From Octopus bimaculoides (Eukaryota): DNA of 64,000 nucleotides. Both the position numbers and the translations under genes were made by a program. This document shows positions 25,370-39,270 of the stretch, in pieces (positions within the stretch are counted from its first letter, which is position 1; every line of letters begins with the position of its first letter). The notes beneath the pieces are model-generated. The model was not told the origin of the DNA and searched no databases. It worked only from the letters and a program-made list of their open reading frames with translations. The DNA lies in NCBI RefSeq assembly GCF_001194135.2, contig NC_069000.1, forward strand, positions 12,336,195-12,400,194, written 5' to 3'.

Positions 25370-27534
25370 CACTATCACTATTAATANNNNNNNNNNNNNN
25401 NNNNNNNNNNNNNNNNNNNNNNNNNNNNNNNNNNNNNNNNNNNNNNNNNNNNNNNNNNNNNNNNNNNNNNNNNNNNNNNNNNNNNNNNNNNNNNNNNNNN
25501 NNNNNNNNNNNNNNNNNNNNNNNNNNNNNNNNNNNNNNNNNNNNNNNNNNNNNNNNNNNNNNNNNNNNNNNNNNNNNNNNNNNNNNNNNNNNNNNNNNNN
25601 NNNNNNNNNNNNNNNNNNNNNNNNNNNNNNNNNNNNNNNNNNNNNNNNNNNNNNNNNNNNNNNNNNNNNNNNNNNNNNNNNNNNNNNNNNNNNNNNNNNN
25701 NNNNNNNNNNNNNNNNNNNNNNNNNNNNNNNNNNNNNNNNNNNNNNNNGTCCTCTTCCTCCTCCTCCTCCTCTCCCTCCTCCTCTTCCTCACCATCATCA
25801 TCAAGAGGAGGACAAATATCCGTCAAATGTAAATAATGTAAATAATGTACATAATTCCTCATCTCTTAAATATAGAACTATTGCTGTGTAGTTTTTTTTT
25901 ATTTTTTAAAGTCTTAATTCAGTAGGATGTTTAGCTTTCTGAAACTTCTTACCAAAATGCAGTTCACCATACAACCAAACACTGGACTACACTTCATATT
26001 ATTCTTGTCTCGCAACGAGTTAAAAATGCAAACTAAAAACCAGAAAAGAAAGAGCTTAGATATATCTTCTTTCTTCTATCAGATGCACGATTATAAAAGC
26101 CAAAAATAAAATAAACGTTAATATCCATAAATTTGAAAAGGAATAAACAGTTTCTTGTTTATATGTAAACCTAATATATATTCTATTATCTGACTGAAGA
26201 TAATGTATTTATCTTCAGTCTTATTCACTACATCTGCGTAAATGCAATAACTGTTTTTCTTTATCGGTTTTGTCGTTCACACAATAAAGAAATGATATTT
26301 TATGATACTTGAGTAAATTCCACGATCGGAAATGTCTATCTACAGAAATTATCAAGGCTTTTGTGTCGATGTGCCTCAGCATAAATTCATTCAAGGAATA
26401 AACTATAGCAATGTATTTACCGAAATCTTTTGGCAAAGTAAATAAAACCTTAATGTAGGAATATTACATTCTATAATGGAATCTAATACGAACAGAATTA
26501 AATAGAATTTTCTCTTTATTGCTTTTCTCTGGCACACATTGCGTAGGAAACATTTTTCTTACTGATGCAACAATTTTCTAAGAGAGAAGGACATGTACAA
26601 TGCCTAAGATACCTTTTTCATGCTTACGGATTTTGTTGTCGTTGGTGTCAGCTGAGATTTAAGGCGGTTCATATTTTAAATCCATCTGTTTTAGCAGTAG
26701 TTTGGCAGCTTCCCGCTCTATGCTGTAAATCCAAAATGGCGTTCTCTGGAAGTAAACGCTTCTTTTCTTTTTTCCCCCTTCTTTACAAATCAGCGACAAT
26801 ATTAATCGATTTCCTGCCTATTTGTATTTTATTTTTGTATTTTGCTTGAAATTAGTTACCAATTTCGTTTAATCGTTTTCCACAGCTTAGTAAGCTAATA
26901 CAGTTTCTGTGTGAATTGAAATATATTTCCAGAAAGATTATTCTGTTAAACCCCACTTATGGAATGTGCCAGTAATCAATAGAAATAAGTGAAAAAAATA
27001 TAGAAGTAATAATAAAAATGAATAAAATACAAAAAAATAAGGCATACATGTTTAGAATTGCATTTATCAAATTTCAAAAACCGTTTTTGATAACTTTTTA
27101 TTATTAAACACTTTTATTTTTGTTTATTAGATATCATCTTGCCGAAGCAATTTAGAAATCAACATTAATTGCCCTCGGTTAGAATTATCACATCTAATCA
27201 AATATAGTCACCTATTTTGTATTTTATCTTGGTTTTAGTAACTTTATCTTCGGCTTTCAATTGAAATTAAATGATATGAAAAGGATGAAGTAAAAATATT
27301 ATGAACTGAAATGGAATGAAAGATAATCTGAGTTTTAGATATTTGCATTCAGTTAACTTTTTTCTCTCTCTCTTCTTTCTTCTCTTTCTTTTTTCAACGT
27401 TTCTCTATATATCCATCGATCGATCGAGCTATCTATCAATTTACAATTAATATGTCCATCTATCCCACAAATCGAAGTGGTTGCTGGGTACCACATATAG
27501 AGACATATATTTATACAATTATCAGAATTGTGAG

Positions 27535-27567
<33 letters not shown>

Positions 27568-27573
27568 TATATA

Positions 27574-27790
27574 CGAGTGGATGCTGGAAAATTTCTGGAT
27601 TTAAGAGTGTCACGAAAGGCCTGGCTGGAGTTCCAGCATTCCAAGTTCTTTCAAAGGGCTTAGAAAAACTGAAAGACCACTGCAATAAGTATGTGAATCT
27701 GAAGGGAGAATATGTTGGATAAATTCATAATTAACTGATCTTCCTGTAACTTCTTTTACCCAAAACCAGGAACGTTTCAACACCACTCCG
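27574..27790 (+). mobile_element. Mariner-derived MITE (~217 bp), different subfamily
   Basis: Imperfect TIRs (CGAGTGGATGCTGGAAAATTTCTGG versus reverse complement CGGAGTGGTGTTGAAACGTTCCTGG) with TA on both sides. The interior encodes KGLEKLKDHCNKYVNLKGEYVG*, resembling mariner C-termini (GI.KL..RW.KCV...GDY.E). Confidence 0.82.
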
Positions 27791-27870
27791 TATATAGATC
27801 AACCGATCGATCGCTAGCTAGAAAGAAATGTATATACATACATGCATACATACATACATACATAAATACA

Positions 27871-27909
<39 letters not shown>

Positions 27910-28557
27910 ATATAACGGTGAATGCATGCATGAATGTTTATAGTTGTAGGCCAGCGTTTTGTGCCAAGTTCTCTGAAATTTTACACAAGGTCATGTCTTT
28001 TCACGAAGAAGATCACACTCTGTAACACTTATGATACAATCTATTAGCTCAGCACTGTCGAGCAACGCTTGCAGTGCACAGTCACACAGGCACAGATGCA
28101 CACACATATAAACATAGGCTGAATATCATAGACACACACACACGCACACACGCACACACGCAAACACACATGTGCGTGTGTGTGTGTGTATATGTATATA
28201 TGCTCATATATATGTGTGTGTATGTGTGTGTTTGTGTATGTGAGCGTGTGTGTGTGTGTGTGGATGTATGCATCTGTGCGTGCGTGTGTGTACGTACATG
28301 TGTGTGATCTTTTAATCGAAGTTACACGATTTGAGGAACTCCAAAATTCCTATCTATTTATTTATTCATTTATCATCATCATTATCGTCGTCGTCATCAT
28401 CATCATTATCATCATCTTCCTCCTCCTCTTCTTTCTCCTCTTCCTCCTCATTATCATCATCATCATCATTGAGTGAGAGAGCAATGGATGCCATTAAAGT
28501 AACACTTTAATATACGAAACCCAGTATACCCATCATGACTACCCGTCTGAAAAGGAT

Positions 28558-28614
<57 letters not shown>

Positions 28615-28629
28615 TGCTTTTCTTTTAAG

Positions 28630-28684
28630 TGGGATCAGCTCCCACAAATGGAGAATTTCCTGAAATCGCGTGCAGCATTCGGAG
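28630..28684 (+). other. Candidate 55-nt internal exon of an unidentified gene
   Basis: TTTGCTTTTCTTTTAAG|...CGGAG|GTAAGG; two frames are open (WDQLPQMENFLKSRAAFG or GSAPTNGEFPEIACSIR). No homology recognised. Confidence 0.25.
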
Positions 28685-29260
28685 GTAAGGATGTACTATA
28701 AACGGTCGAACTTAACAGAAAAGCGTAAACGCGTGTAAAGTGACGTATTGCATTGCTTACCACTACACTTTGCAAACTGAGATGAAATTGGATCTGTTAG
28801 ATGATTTATTTGGCGATAAGTTAAACATGCCTTTCGAAACCTGGATGTACGCCAAACTTTTATAAAACAACTTCCAAAATATATTTATAAGTTGTTTTAA
28901 GAAACGTAAATGGATAATGTGTTCCAGCCAAGCTGACACATTTTATCGATGCATGTCTAAAATCTAAAATCCGAAATCTGAAATCCGAAACACTAAGTCC
29001 TAAATTATTTCGAACGAAGGATTCTCAATTACATATACCTATCTACCTGCCTGCCTGCCTGCCTGCCTACCTGCCTGCCTACCTACCTACCTACCTACCT
29101 ACTTACCTACCTATCTATATACCTACCTGTTTACCTACCTACCTACCTACATACATACAAACAGGCATATGTAAACCTATATAAGTATATAAATATGTAT
29201 TATATATATGATAAACATAATATAATATAATATGATATATATATTTATATATATGGATGT

Positions 29261-29360
<100 letters not shown>

Positions 29361-29394
29361 CAGAACTGCATATATTCTGATATATGTATATATT

Positions 29395-29450
29395 CTTTTA
29401 TTCTTTTATGTGTTTCAGCCAGGTGGCTGGGGTCATGCTGGAGCACCACC
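29395..29450 (-). mobile_element. SINE family B 3' end fragment
   Basis: TCTTTTATTCTTTTATGTGTTTCAGCC...GGTCATGCTGGAGCACC. Confidence 0.7.
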
Positions 29451-30146
29451 ATGATGCTGGAGCACAGCACATATCAAAATAGAGCAGGTTAAATCCAGGC
29501 TACATATGTTTCCTAGCCTCGGAAGTAGTAATTACTCAACGAGAGGTACTTCACTAACTAATCATCAGGCTGAAGATCCCTAAGTTAAACGAAGGTTAGA
29601 TTGTCGTTCAGCTTATCGAATCTCGATATGCGAAACATTTACAGCCCAAGCCAATAAACTACTACCATTCCTGAAAGTTATTTCTTTATAATTTCTACAG
29701 ACTACTCTAAGCTTACTGACCTCGTATACCTAGAATATTTTTTGTGTCAAATCTTCCATATAACTTACATCTATAACTAATCGCCGTATCTATGCACATC
29801 ATGTTTAAATATTTTGGGGAGAATTATACCCTTCTCCCGTTGTATAAAATGTATAGTTATTATTCCCTAAACACCCAGCTGTTGATATTTTCCATGGTAT
29901 TTTACTCTACTATGGATTTATTGATAACGCAGGCTCCAACATTCAAATACTGCATCAGAATATCTCTTTCGCATTCTCTGAAGAGGTTTCATAATAATCG
30001 AAAGGAAATTACATTCTGTAAAGATATTGTGTACAGATATGCAAACGTAAATGCGTACATAGATGCTTATATGCAAGCATGTATGTATACATATACGTAT
30101 AGATAAAAACATATATACATGTACGAATATATAAACATATATATAG

Positions 30147-30181
<35 letters not shown>

Positions 30182-30404
30182 CACAAATATATCTTATAAA
30201 TTAAGTTTCCCCTGACTAAGATATCCTCTTTTCATTACATTGTATGTATAGTAGTTTTTTTTCTAATCCGCTTTGTTGTTAATACACACACACACGTATT
30301 TACATTGGCAAAACATCCACACAAATATACACACATGCATGTATATGTATGTGTGTATGTATATGTATATGTATGTATATTATATATTGTGAGACACACA
30401 CACC

Positions 30405-30467
<63 letters not shown>

Positions 30468-32084
30468 NNNNNNNNNNNNNNNNNNNNNNNNNNNNNNNNN
30501 NNNNNNNNNNNNNNNNNNNNNNNNNNNNNNNNNNNNNNNNNNNNNNNNNNNNNNNNNNNNNNNNNNNNNNNNNNNNNNNNNNNNNNNNNNNNNNNNNNNN
30601 NNNNNNNNNNNNNNNNNNNNNNNNNNNNNNNNNNNNNNNNNNNNNNNNNNNNNNNNNNNNNNNNNNNNNNNNNNNNNNNNNNNNNNNNNNNNNNNNNNNN
30701 NNNNNNNNNNNNNNNNNNNNNNNNNNNNNNNNNNNNNNNNNNNNNNNNNNNNNNNNNNNNNNNNNNNNNNNNNNNNNNNNNNNNNNNNNNNNNNNNNNNN
30801 NNNNNNNNNNNNATATATATATATATATAAACACACACTTATTCTTACGTAAATGCATACGTACATATATACATGATGATGATGGCTACCCCCTCGTTAA
30901 TAGTGCTGTGATCGAACGTGACTTTTTACATACATACATACATACATATATACATACACAGGCTCTCGGATGTTTAAGAAATACACGTTGTGCAAGCTGT
31001 TCCGTGAAATAAGGATTTAATATAGCGAACTGATAATGGCGATACAATAACTGTAAGCGGAAGAAAATCACAAATCATTTCAGATAGTAAATTTGGCACA
31101 AGAGATACAATGGGTAACGTGAGAGAAAATGTCCTCTGACTAAATCTCAGCTTGTATCACATGTGTTACATTACCTTCTTTGGTTTAGTTTGATGCATAG
31201 AATTGTATATGATACGTAACCCTCGATAGCGAGTTTGGTGAAATGGGAGAAATTAGGTAATCTTACGTACCTGTTATGCGAGTGTAAGCAAACAAGGGAA
31301 CGTGTTCTGATATGTATGTATGTGTATGCGCATGTGTGTGCAGGGAGAGAGAGACAAAGATAGAGACGGAGAGAGAGATGGAAAGCGAGAAGGATAGGCA
31401 GAGGGAGAGAGAGAAGCACATATTTCAGCTTCTAAATTTCCCTCACAAGACATTTATCGACTCGAATCAAAAGAGCTACGCAGTGGGATGGAAACCGGAA
31501 CCATGAGGTTAAAAAGAAAGGACGTTTTAACCATATGACTATGTCTTTGTATTTAGTTTTGAAAATTTTTGCTTTTATAATACCATTTCCCGCTCCAGAT
31601 TTACTGACAGCCACAAATGGCAGCAGATCTTCAGACTGCCGGGCTACCGCCTGAAAGGTCGACCATTTTAGTCACCACCACTCCCACCTTGTAATAAACG
31701 CAGTTTATTACCAAGACCTTAATCGCTTATTCGCCCAGTTCACCTAACTCCAACTAGGTATCATAAGATGGGAAGCTTACCACTATAACTATCGTTAAGT
31801 TTATATAATTGCTTTGTTATGACAAAGCGAAAAGCCCCTATATTATTAGAGGAAAACGAAATTTGGTGTGACATCTTTGACCTTCCCATCTGATTTTGGC
31901 AGCATAAGTGAATGCTATGGCTATCAGGCATGAATGGAAACGAGATCTCGGGTTCGATTCACCAATAAGGATATATTTTGAATCCATGTTATACTACTTG
32001 CCTAAGTATAAATAAGATATTTCCTACAAGTTTTCATCTTGTCCGGCGTTCATTATTCTACGTTCAGAGCATCAGAGTTAATTT

Positions 32085-32139
32085 GAGCTAACCTCAGTGG
32101 ATAATTCTAGCAGATAGAATTATCCCGTAGAGGTTGCTC
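32085..32139. other. 55-nt imperfect inverted repeat / hairpin
   Basis: GAGC-T-AACCTC-AGT-GGATAATTCTA [GCAGA] TAGAATTATCC-CGTA-GAGGTT-GCTC; about 21 Watson-Crick pairs. Confidence 0.75.
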
Positions 32140-32855
32140 TTTTTAGCTAATAGACATTCTTTAAGCATTTTCGTACTGCTCAGAGTCCACAATTTCCTAT
32201 AGACGTGGACAAATTAAACACAAATGGAATTCAATACTTCAATGATGTTCTTCTCTGAAACCACTATACTTCTTCAATTATACTATCCATGTTCGATTCT
32301 GTTGTTAGTTTTGCACAGATTATGGGATGTTTCTGCTAAATATATAAAGCTTTAATACTAACAACTATTATGAACTTCGATATATATTGTCAATAGCGCA
32401 TAATGGTAACTGAGTCAATTAAAAAAAAAATTTCTGTTGACAATCAGTTAAAGTTATTAAGATACTTATAAAAATAGTCTAAAAAAAAAAAATCAGCCAA
32501 AATAGTTTTCAATCCAAAATATCTTTTATTTCCCAAATAATTATATGTACAGCAGAATAAAAAAAATAAATAAATAAAGGATGAAATCCGTGTGAACAGG
32601 ATGGATATGATAAACTGGACTTTGGGTCATTTTTGACTGACACCGGTTTAACAATTTGGCTTGTCAGCTTTAATACCGACATGACGATAAAATTGGAGCT
32701 TCGGTTCTTAGTTGTTGTAACGCAGAAAGATAAACATGCACGCTCACACGCATATANNNNNNNNNNNNNNNNNNNNNNNNNNNNNNNNNNNNNNNNNNNN
32801 NNNNNNNNNNNNNNNNNNNNNNNNNNNNNNNNNNNNNNNNNNNNNNNNNNNNNNN

Positions 32856-32891
<36 letters not shown>

Positions 32892-33569
32892 GTGTATCTA
32901 TACAAACACATAGACACATACATAGATATATTTACTTACACGTATACTCACATATATACATGTACACACATACAAGCAGTTACATGTCTAGCTATATATT
33001 TAAAATTAAAATGCTTACAGACACATACATAGACACATATATACACATAAACACACGCATGCATACATATATACATACATACATACATACATACACACAC
33101 GTATGCATACATATATACATACATACATATATACAAATTCCTCTAGTAAAAATACACATTTAAGGTTATAATATACATACGAACGCATACACACTCACAC
33201 ACACAGACCCCCCCCACACACTTCCCCCTATTCATATACACGCGCACACATATTCACATGCGCACACATATTTCACACGCGCACATATATTCACACATGT
33301 TGAAAAAATGGTTGTATTTACACAAAGTAGGTGAAAGTGTACAAAAAACATTAAGAGATTTAATGTAATCTTTTAAGAAAAATGAGACAAAAACAGGTGT
33401 AATATTTCAATTAACTGTATTAGATCTTCTAGATTACATAAGTAAGATAATGCAAGTTAGAAAGATTTAATACATTTAAATGTAATGTAACACCTGCTTT
33501 TATCTCTAATTTTTCATGCAAGCTTCCCGTAATTCTTTTANNNNNNNNNNTATATATATTTATATTGTA

Positions 33570-33850
33570 CAGACCCCAGAGCTCAACTGCGGTTCATTGT
33601 ATCGACACCGAAATGCAGAAAGGCAAAATTGTCCTCAACGTGATTTTGTCCCAAGGCTAGCAATTTTAGGGGAGGGTGTAAGTTGATCCCATAGACCTCC
33701 CACCGCCCAACTGGAACGTTATTGTATCGACACCGAAATAAGAAAATGCAAAGTTGACCTCGACGGGTTTTGTACTCACAATGGTAAAAGCCAGAATAAG
33801 TATCGCAAGGCATTTTGCAGGATTTTCTTGCAATGTTGCCAAACGACCGC
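33570..33850 (-). mobile_element. Old SINE family A remnants with partial internal duplication
   Basis: TTGTATCGACACCGAAAT occurs twice; GCAAAGTTGACCTCG and GGCATTTTG blocks are present. Confidence 0.55.
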
Positions 33851-35864
33851 CCTTGGTAAACTACTTGTTGTGATGGATCTTCGTCGTTCGACGATGGGGA
33901 TTCAGTTGAACGATCAACTGGATTTGATCGGAGCTAATTTCGAGAAAAACATCAACAAAACTATGACCTAACGATATACATATAAAGCAATATGTATATT
34001 CGTGTATGCTTAATACAATAAAAATATATATAAGCTCCTGTAATTATAAATATGGAGGTGTACACATGATGTATCCACGTGTGTATGTGAAGAGCAATGA
34101 GTTTCGAATAGTATGCCACGGATTAAAAACATATATTATTCAAGGTTTTGAAAAATCCATATTAATGTGCAAAAGATGTGCTGTTCTCTGTTGTGTTGAG
34201 TGTAAATATGATTAATAAAATAGGGTAAACAAACCATTCTATACATTATTTTTATCTAAATTTTCAATTTTAAAGGCCTTTTTGTTTTTATTTTTTTAAA
34301 AACTTTCTGGTATGAAATATGCTCTGGTAATTTTTTTTTTATCATTTAAATTCGAGTGCATAACTAAGTTGAAAAAGATTGAGNNNNNNNNNNNNNNNNN
34401 NNNNNNNNNNNNNNNNNNNNNNNNNNNNNNNNNNNNNNNNNNNNNNNNNNNNNNNNNNNNNNNNNNNNNNNNNNNNNNNNNNNNNNNNNNNNNNNNNNNN
34501 NNNNNNNNNNNNNNNNNNNNNNNNNNNNNNNNNNNNNNNNNNNNNNNNNNNNNNNNNNNNNNNNNNNNNNNNNNNNNNNNNNNNNNNNNNNNNNNNNNNN
34601 NNNNNNNNNNNNNNNNNNNNNNNNNNNNNNNNNNNNNNNNNNNNNNNNNNNNNNNNNNNNNNNNNNNNNNNNNNNNNNNNNNNNNNNNNNNNNNNNNNNN
34701 NNNNNNNNNNNNNNNNNNNNNNNNNNNNNNNNNNNNNNNNNNNNNNNNNNNNNNNNNNNNNNNNNNNNNNNNNNNNNNNNNNNNNNNNNNNNNNNNNNNN
34801 NNNNNNNNNNNNNNNNNNNNNNNNNNNNNNNNNNNNNNNNNNNNNNNNNNNNNNNNNNNNNNNNNNNNNNNNNNNNNNNNNNNNNNNNNNNNNNNNNNNN
34901 NNNNNNNNNNNNNNNNNNNNNNNNNNNNNNNNNNNNNNNNNNNNNNNNNNNNNNNNNNNNNNNNNNNNNNNNNNNNNNNNNNNNNNNNNNNNNNNNNNNN
35001 NNNNNNNNNNNNNNNNAAAATACTGGAACGAGGTGGGGGTTGAAAGAACTGCGGTTCTGCTTCATTGAAAGCACAGCTTGGGGGCCTGTATATTTGTTTT
35101 CCTTAATCTTTTTTGCTTCTTATCTAATAGATTCCATCACGAATTTCTACCGCTGCTGCAGTGATATTCGTCTGTCTTTCTTTCTTTGTCTGTTCTAAGT
35201 ATACCTTGCAACGGTGCCTGACATTCACAGATCCCTATTCCCAAAACAAACAAACACACAAACAAATTTATAAGTAAATAAATAAATAAATAAATAGATA
35301 GATAAATAAAAAAAAAGGGGGTGGTTCAAAGGCAGAAATGAAGAAATTTATGTGAATATTGTTGAGATACATTTGTGTAAGCCATACATCTTCGTATACA
35401 CACATAAGCAAACCAACATGCTCGTACATCACAAACCAAGAGAGGCGAGATCCCTCGAACAAGGAGATTGATTATATTTTGAGAGGTAGAAGTGAACAGC
35501 AAAAACTGTGAGGTTGTGGCAATGTAGAAATCTACTGGTGGAAGCTAGAGGGAACACTTCGGAGAAAATGGAAGTTGCAAAATAGCGTTCCTCTGTGAAG
35601 TCTGTGAAGGTTTCCATTCGATCTCCCTCTGATCTTCAAGTTTAGAGCTGGCATGAAAATACAGACTGACACAGGAGAGAGAATATGCTAGTTTCTTCGT
35701 TGATATTTGTAAACTTTGCTCAAATCTGAACTTCGTTATATTATATAAGCATATATTTCTCTTTGAGTCAGAAATCTTTCATCCTCAACACCTAACTCAT
35801 CTCTGTTGTGCAGACACGTCGATAACCCCTACTGATTTCAATACAGAAAAATTCCTTAAAGTGA

Positions 35865-36058
35865 CGAGCTGACAAATCCGAGAAAAATACTTAGCGGTAT
35901 TTCGTCCGACCTGACGTTCCGAGTTCAAACTCCACCGGGATCGACGTTGTCTTTCATAAGTAAAAGGCTTACAACGAATAAGTCCTGTGGTCGATATGCT
36001 CGACTAAAGGCGATGCCCCAGCATGACCACAGTCAAATGACTGAAATAAGTAAAAGAG
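35865..36058 (+). mobile_element. SINE family A head joined to family B 3' end
   Basis: CTTAGCGGTATTTCGTCC...GAGTTCAAACTCC followed by GGCTTACAACGAATAAGTCCTGTGGTCGATATGCTCGACTAAAGGCGATGCCCCAGCATG...AAGTAAAAGAG. Confidence 0.75.
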
Positions 36059-37066
36059 TATTATCATCCCCTTATATCTTTGACATGGCACTAAATTTCT
36101 TTGTTGCAACTCAGCTAGTAGAGAAGAATGTATTATGGAATTTAATTCAATATATAAGCGATGCAGACCCGAGAGATATAGATGTCTCTCACCCGAACAA
36201 ACATTTAAAAAAGCGCAGGAAACAAAGTGGAGCCCAGGCGCTCGCATTGTTGGTACTGACCACTAATGTTTTGTTGCATTCCGATAAAAACAAAAAGTTA
36301 GAATACAAACTGGGGGAAAAAAACAAACTCAGTAAATATGAAGAAGAGATCGATTGTAAGCTATTACTGATTCCCTGGTCTACACCAGGGAATTATGTCC
36401 AAAAATCTATATTGTTACGTGTGGGCGTATGTATGTGTTTGTACATATGTTATAGATACATGTGTACGTACATATGTATATATGTATATATATATATATA
36501 TATNNNNNNNNNNNNNNNNNNNNNNNNNNNNNNNNNNNNNNNNNNNNNNNNNNNNNNNNNNNNNNNNNNNNNNNNNNNNNNNNNNNNNNNNNNNNNNNNN
36601 NNNNNNNNNNNNNNNNNNNNNNNNNNNNNNNNNNNNNNNNNNNNNNNNNNNNNNNNNNNNNNNNNNNNNNNNNNNNNNNNNNNNNNNNNNNNNNNNNNNN
36701 NNNNNNNNNNNNNNNNNNNNNNNNNNNNNNNNNNNNNNNNNNNNNNNNNNNNNNNNNNNNNNNNNNNNNNNNNNNNNNNNNNNNNNNNNNNNNNNNNNNN
36801 NNNNNNNNNNNNNNNNNNNNNNNNNNNNNNNNNNNNNNNNNNNNNNNNNNNNNNNNNNNNNNNNNNNNNNNNNNNNNNNNNNNNNNNNNNNNNNNNNNNN
36901 NNNNNNNNNNNNNNNNNNNNNNNNNNNNNNNNNNNNNNNNNNNNNNNNNNNNNNNNNNNNNNNNNNNNNNNNNNNNNNNNNNNNNNNNNNNNNNNNNNNN
37001 NNNNNNNNNNNNNNNNNNNNNNNNNNNNNTTATACTGGCGCACATTACACAGTAATTATCTACCTC

Positions 37067-37129
<63 letters not shown>

Positions 37130-37676
37130 GTCTGTCTGTCTGTCTGTCTGTCTAAATATCTCTCTATATATATTTATATAGAAACATTTATGTGTATGTA
37201 TATATATGTATGTATATATATGTGTGTGTATGCGTGTGTGTTGAGACACGCACACACACATACACGCATGTGTGTGTGTGTGAGTGTATGACTCTGTGTG
37301 TGTTTGTGTGTGTGTGTATGTGTGTGTATATTATCACCGTCTACAGGCAAATCTATTCGATCGCACTATACCACGATAGCATTTCTGTACTCTAGTGACA
37401 TGAAACTGCACATGCCGACTTACACGCTGACATACATACATACATACATACATACAAATACATACATATATACACAGACACGCATGCACACAGACACACA
37501 TACACAGACGCAGGCACATATACGGATGTGGGCACCTATACGCATATCACCATATATGTGTGTGTGTGTGTGTATGTGAGTGCGTGTGTGTGTGTATAAA
37601 TATGTATGTGTGTATATGTACAGTTTTTACATTTGCATATGCATACGTACACACAAACACACACGCGCACACAGAC

Positions 37677-37722
<46 letters not shown>

Positions 37723-38514
37723 NNNNNNNNNNNNNNNNNNNNNNNNNNNNNNNNNNNNNNNNNNNNNNNNNNNNNNNNNNNNNNNNNNNNNNNNNNNNNN
37801 NNNNNNNNNNNNNNNNNNNNNNNNNNNNNNNNNNNNNNNNNNNNNNNNNNNNNNNNNNNNNNNNNNNNNNNNNNNNNNNNNNNNNNNNNNNNNNNNNNNN
37901 NNNNNNNNNNNNNNNNNNNNNNNNNNNNNNNNNNNNNNNTATATATATATATATATATATATGCATATATATATATAGATATACATATATACATATATAT
38001 GCATATACACATATATATATATATATTCCGTTGTTTAACAATGTACGCCAACAATACTAATATAGCAGTTATATATATATTGACAAACTGACAATTATAT
38101 GAGCGGCAGGCCCCGAGGTGGTTCATAAGCAAAACTTTCACTCCACTGGACATTGCAAGACTGGCTGCAAGTATTGGCATTAATTAATTCTTCAGAACCC
38201 GCTTGACCTCAATTAGGCATAGGTCATCGGCGTGGTCAGCTGTCTTCTTTTGATGATTGATACAATGATTGGCTGCTATAGGGACGTATGTAGAAAGGTC
38301 GAAAGGAGGGGACCAAAATCGCAGTACTGGCAAATGGCTTCTACAAAAGGGCGGCTGAATTTCCTTTGATGTTGAACTTGGATGCATTTTCAATAAATCA
38401 ATCCATCTATAGAAACTGGAGCAGAATCGTTTGTATATTTACAATGCCTCAACACTTACTTACACGCATACCCATTCGTATATAGGAACACAAATACACA
38501 TGCACACGTATACG

Positions 38515-38594
<80 letters not shown>

Positions 38595-38692
38595 AACACA
38601 TACGTATATGCACACATACATATGTGCATGGATAACGTACATACTTCCATAAGTACCTATGTACATACACAAAACGAAATATGTAAATTGAA

Positions 38693-38727
<35 letters not shown>

Positions 38728-38978
38728 CTGACACGCATACACGCACATATAGCGAGAAAGAGGGGAGAGGGAGTGAGTGAGAGAGGGAGTGAGTGAGAGA
38801 GAGAGGGAGAGAGTGAGTGAGAGAGGGATTCAAGTATGGGCATACTCAGGCACCCACGCACCCACACATCCGCATACATGTACATCCACACATATACACG
38901 CATACATGTGTGTATGCATACATATATCCATATATGTATGTCTGTATGTACATATACATACATATATATGTATGTATG

Positions 38979-39016
<38 letters not shown>

Positions 39017-39129
39017 NNNNNNNNNNNNNNNNNNNNNNNNNNNNNNNNNNNNNNNNNNNNNNNNNNNNNNNNNNNNNNNNNNNNNNNNNNNNNNNNNNNN
39101 NNNNNNNNNNNNNNNNNNNNNNNNNNNNN

Positions 39130-39190
<61 letters not shown>

Positions 39191-39230
39191 GCTTGTGTGA
39201 GTGTGCGAGAGAGATAGAGAGGGAAAGAAA

Positions 39231-39270
<40 letters not shown>

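Noticed and set aside
38095-38190. TPLDIA ankyrin-like peptide in a short plus-strand frame
   Set aside because: The rest of the ankyrin consensus is absent, a stop follows soon after, and there are no convincing splice sites.
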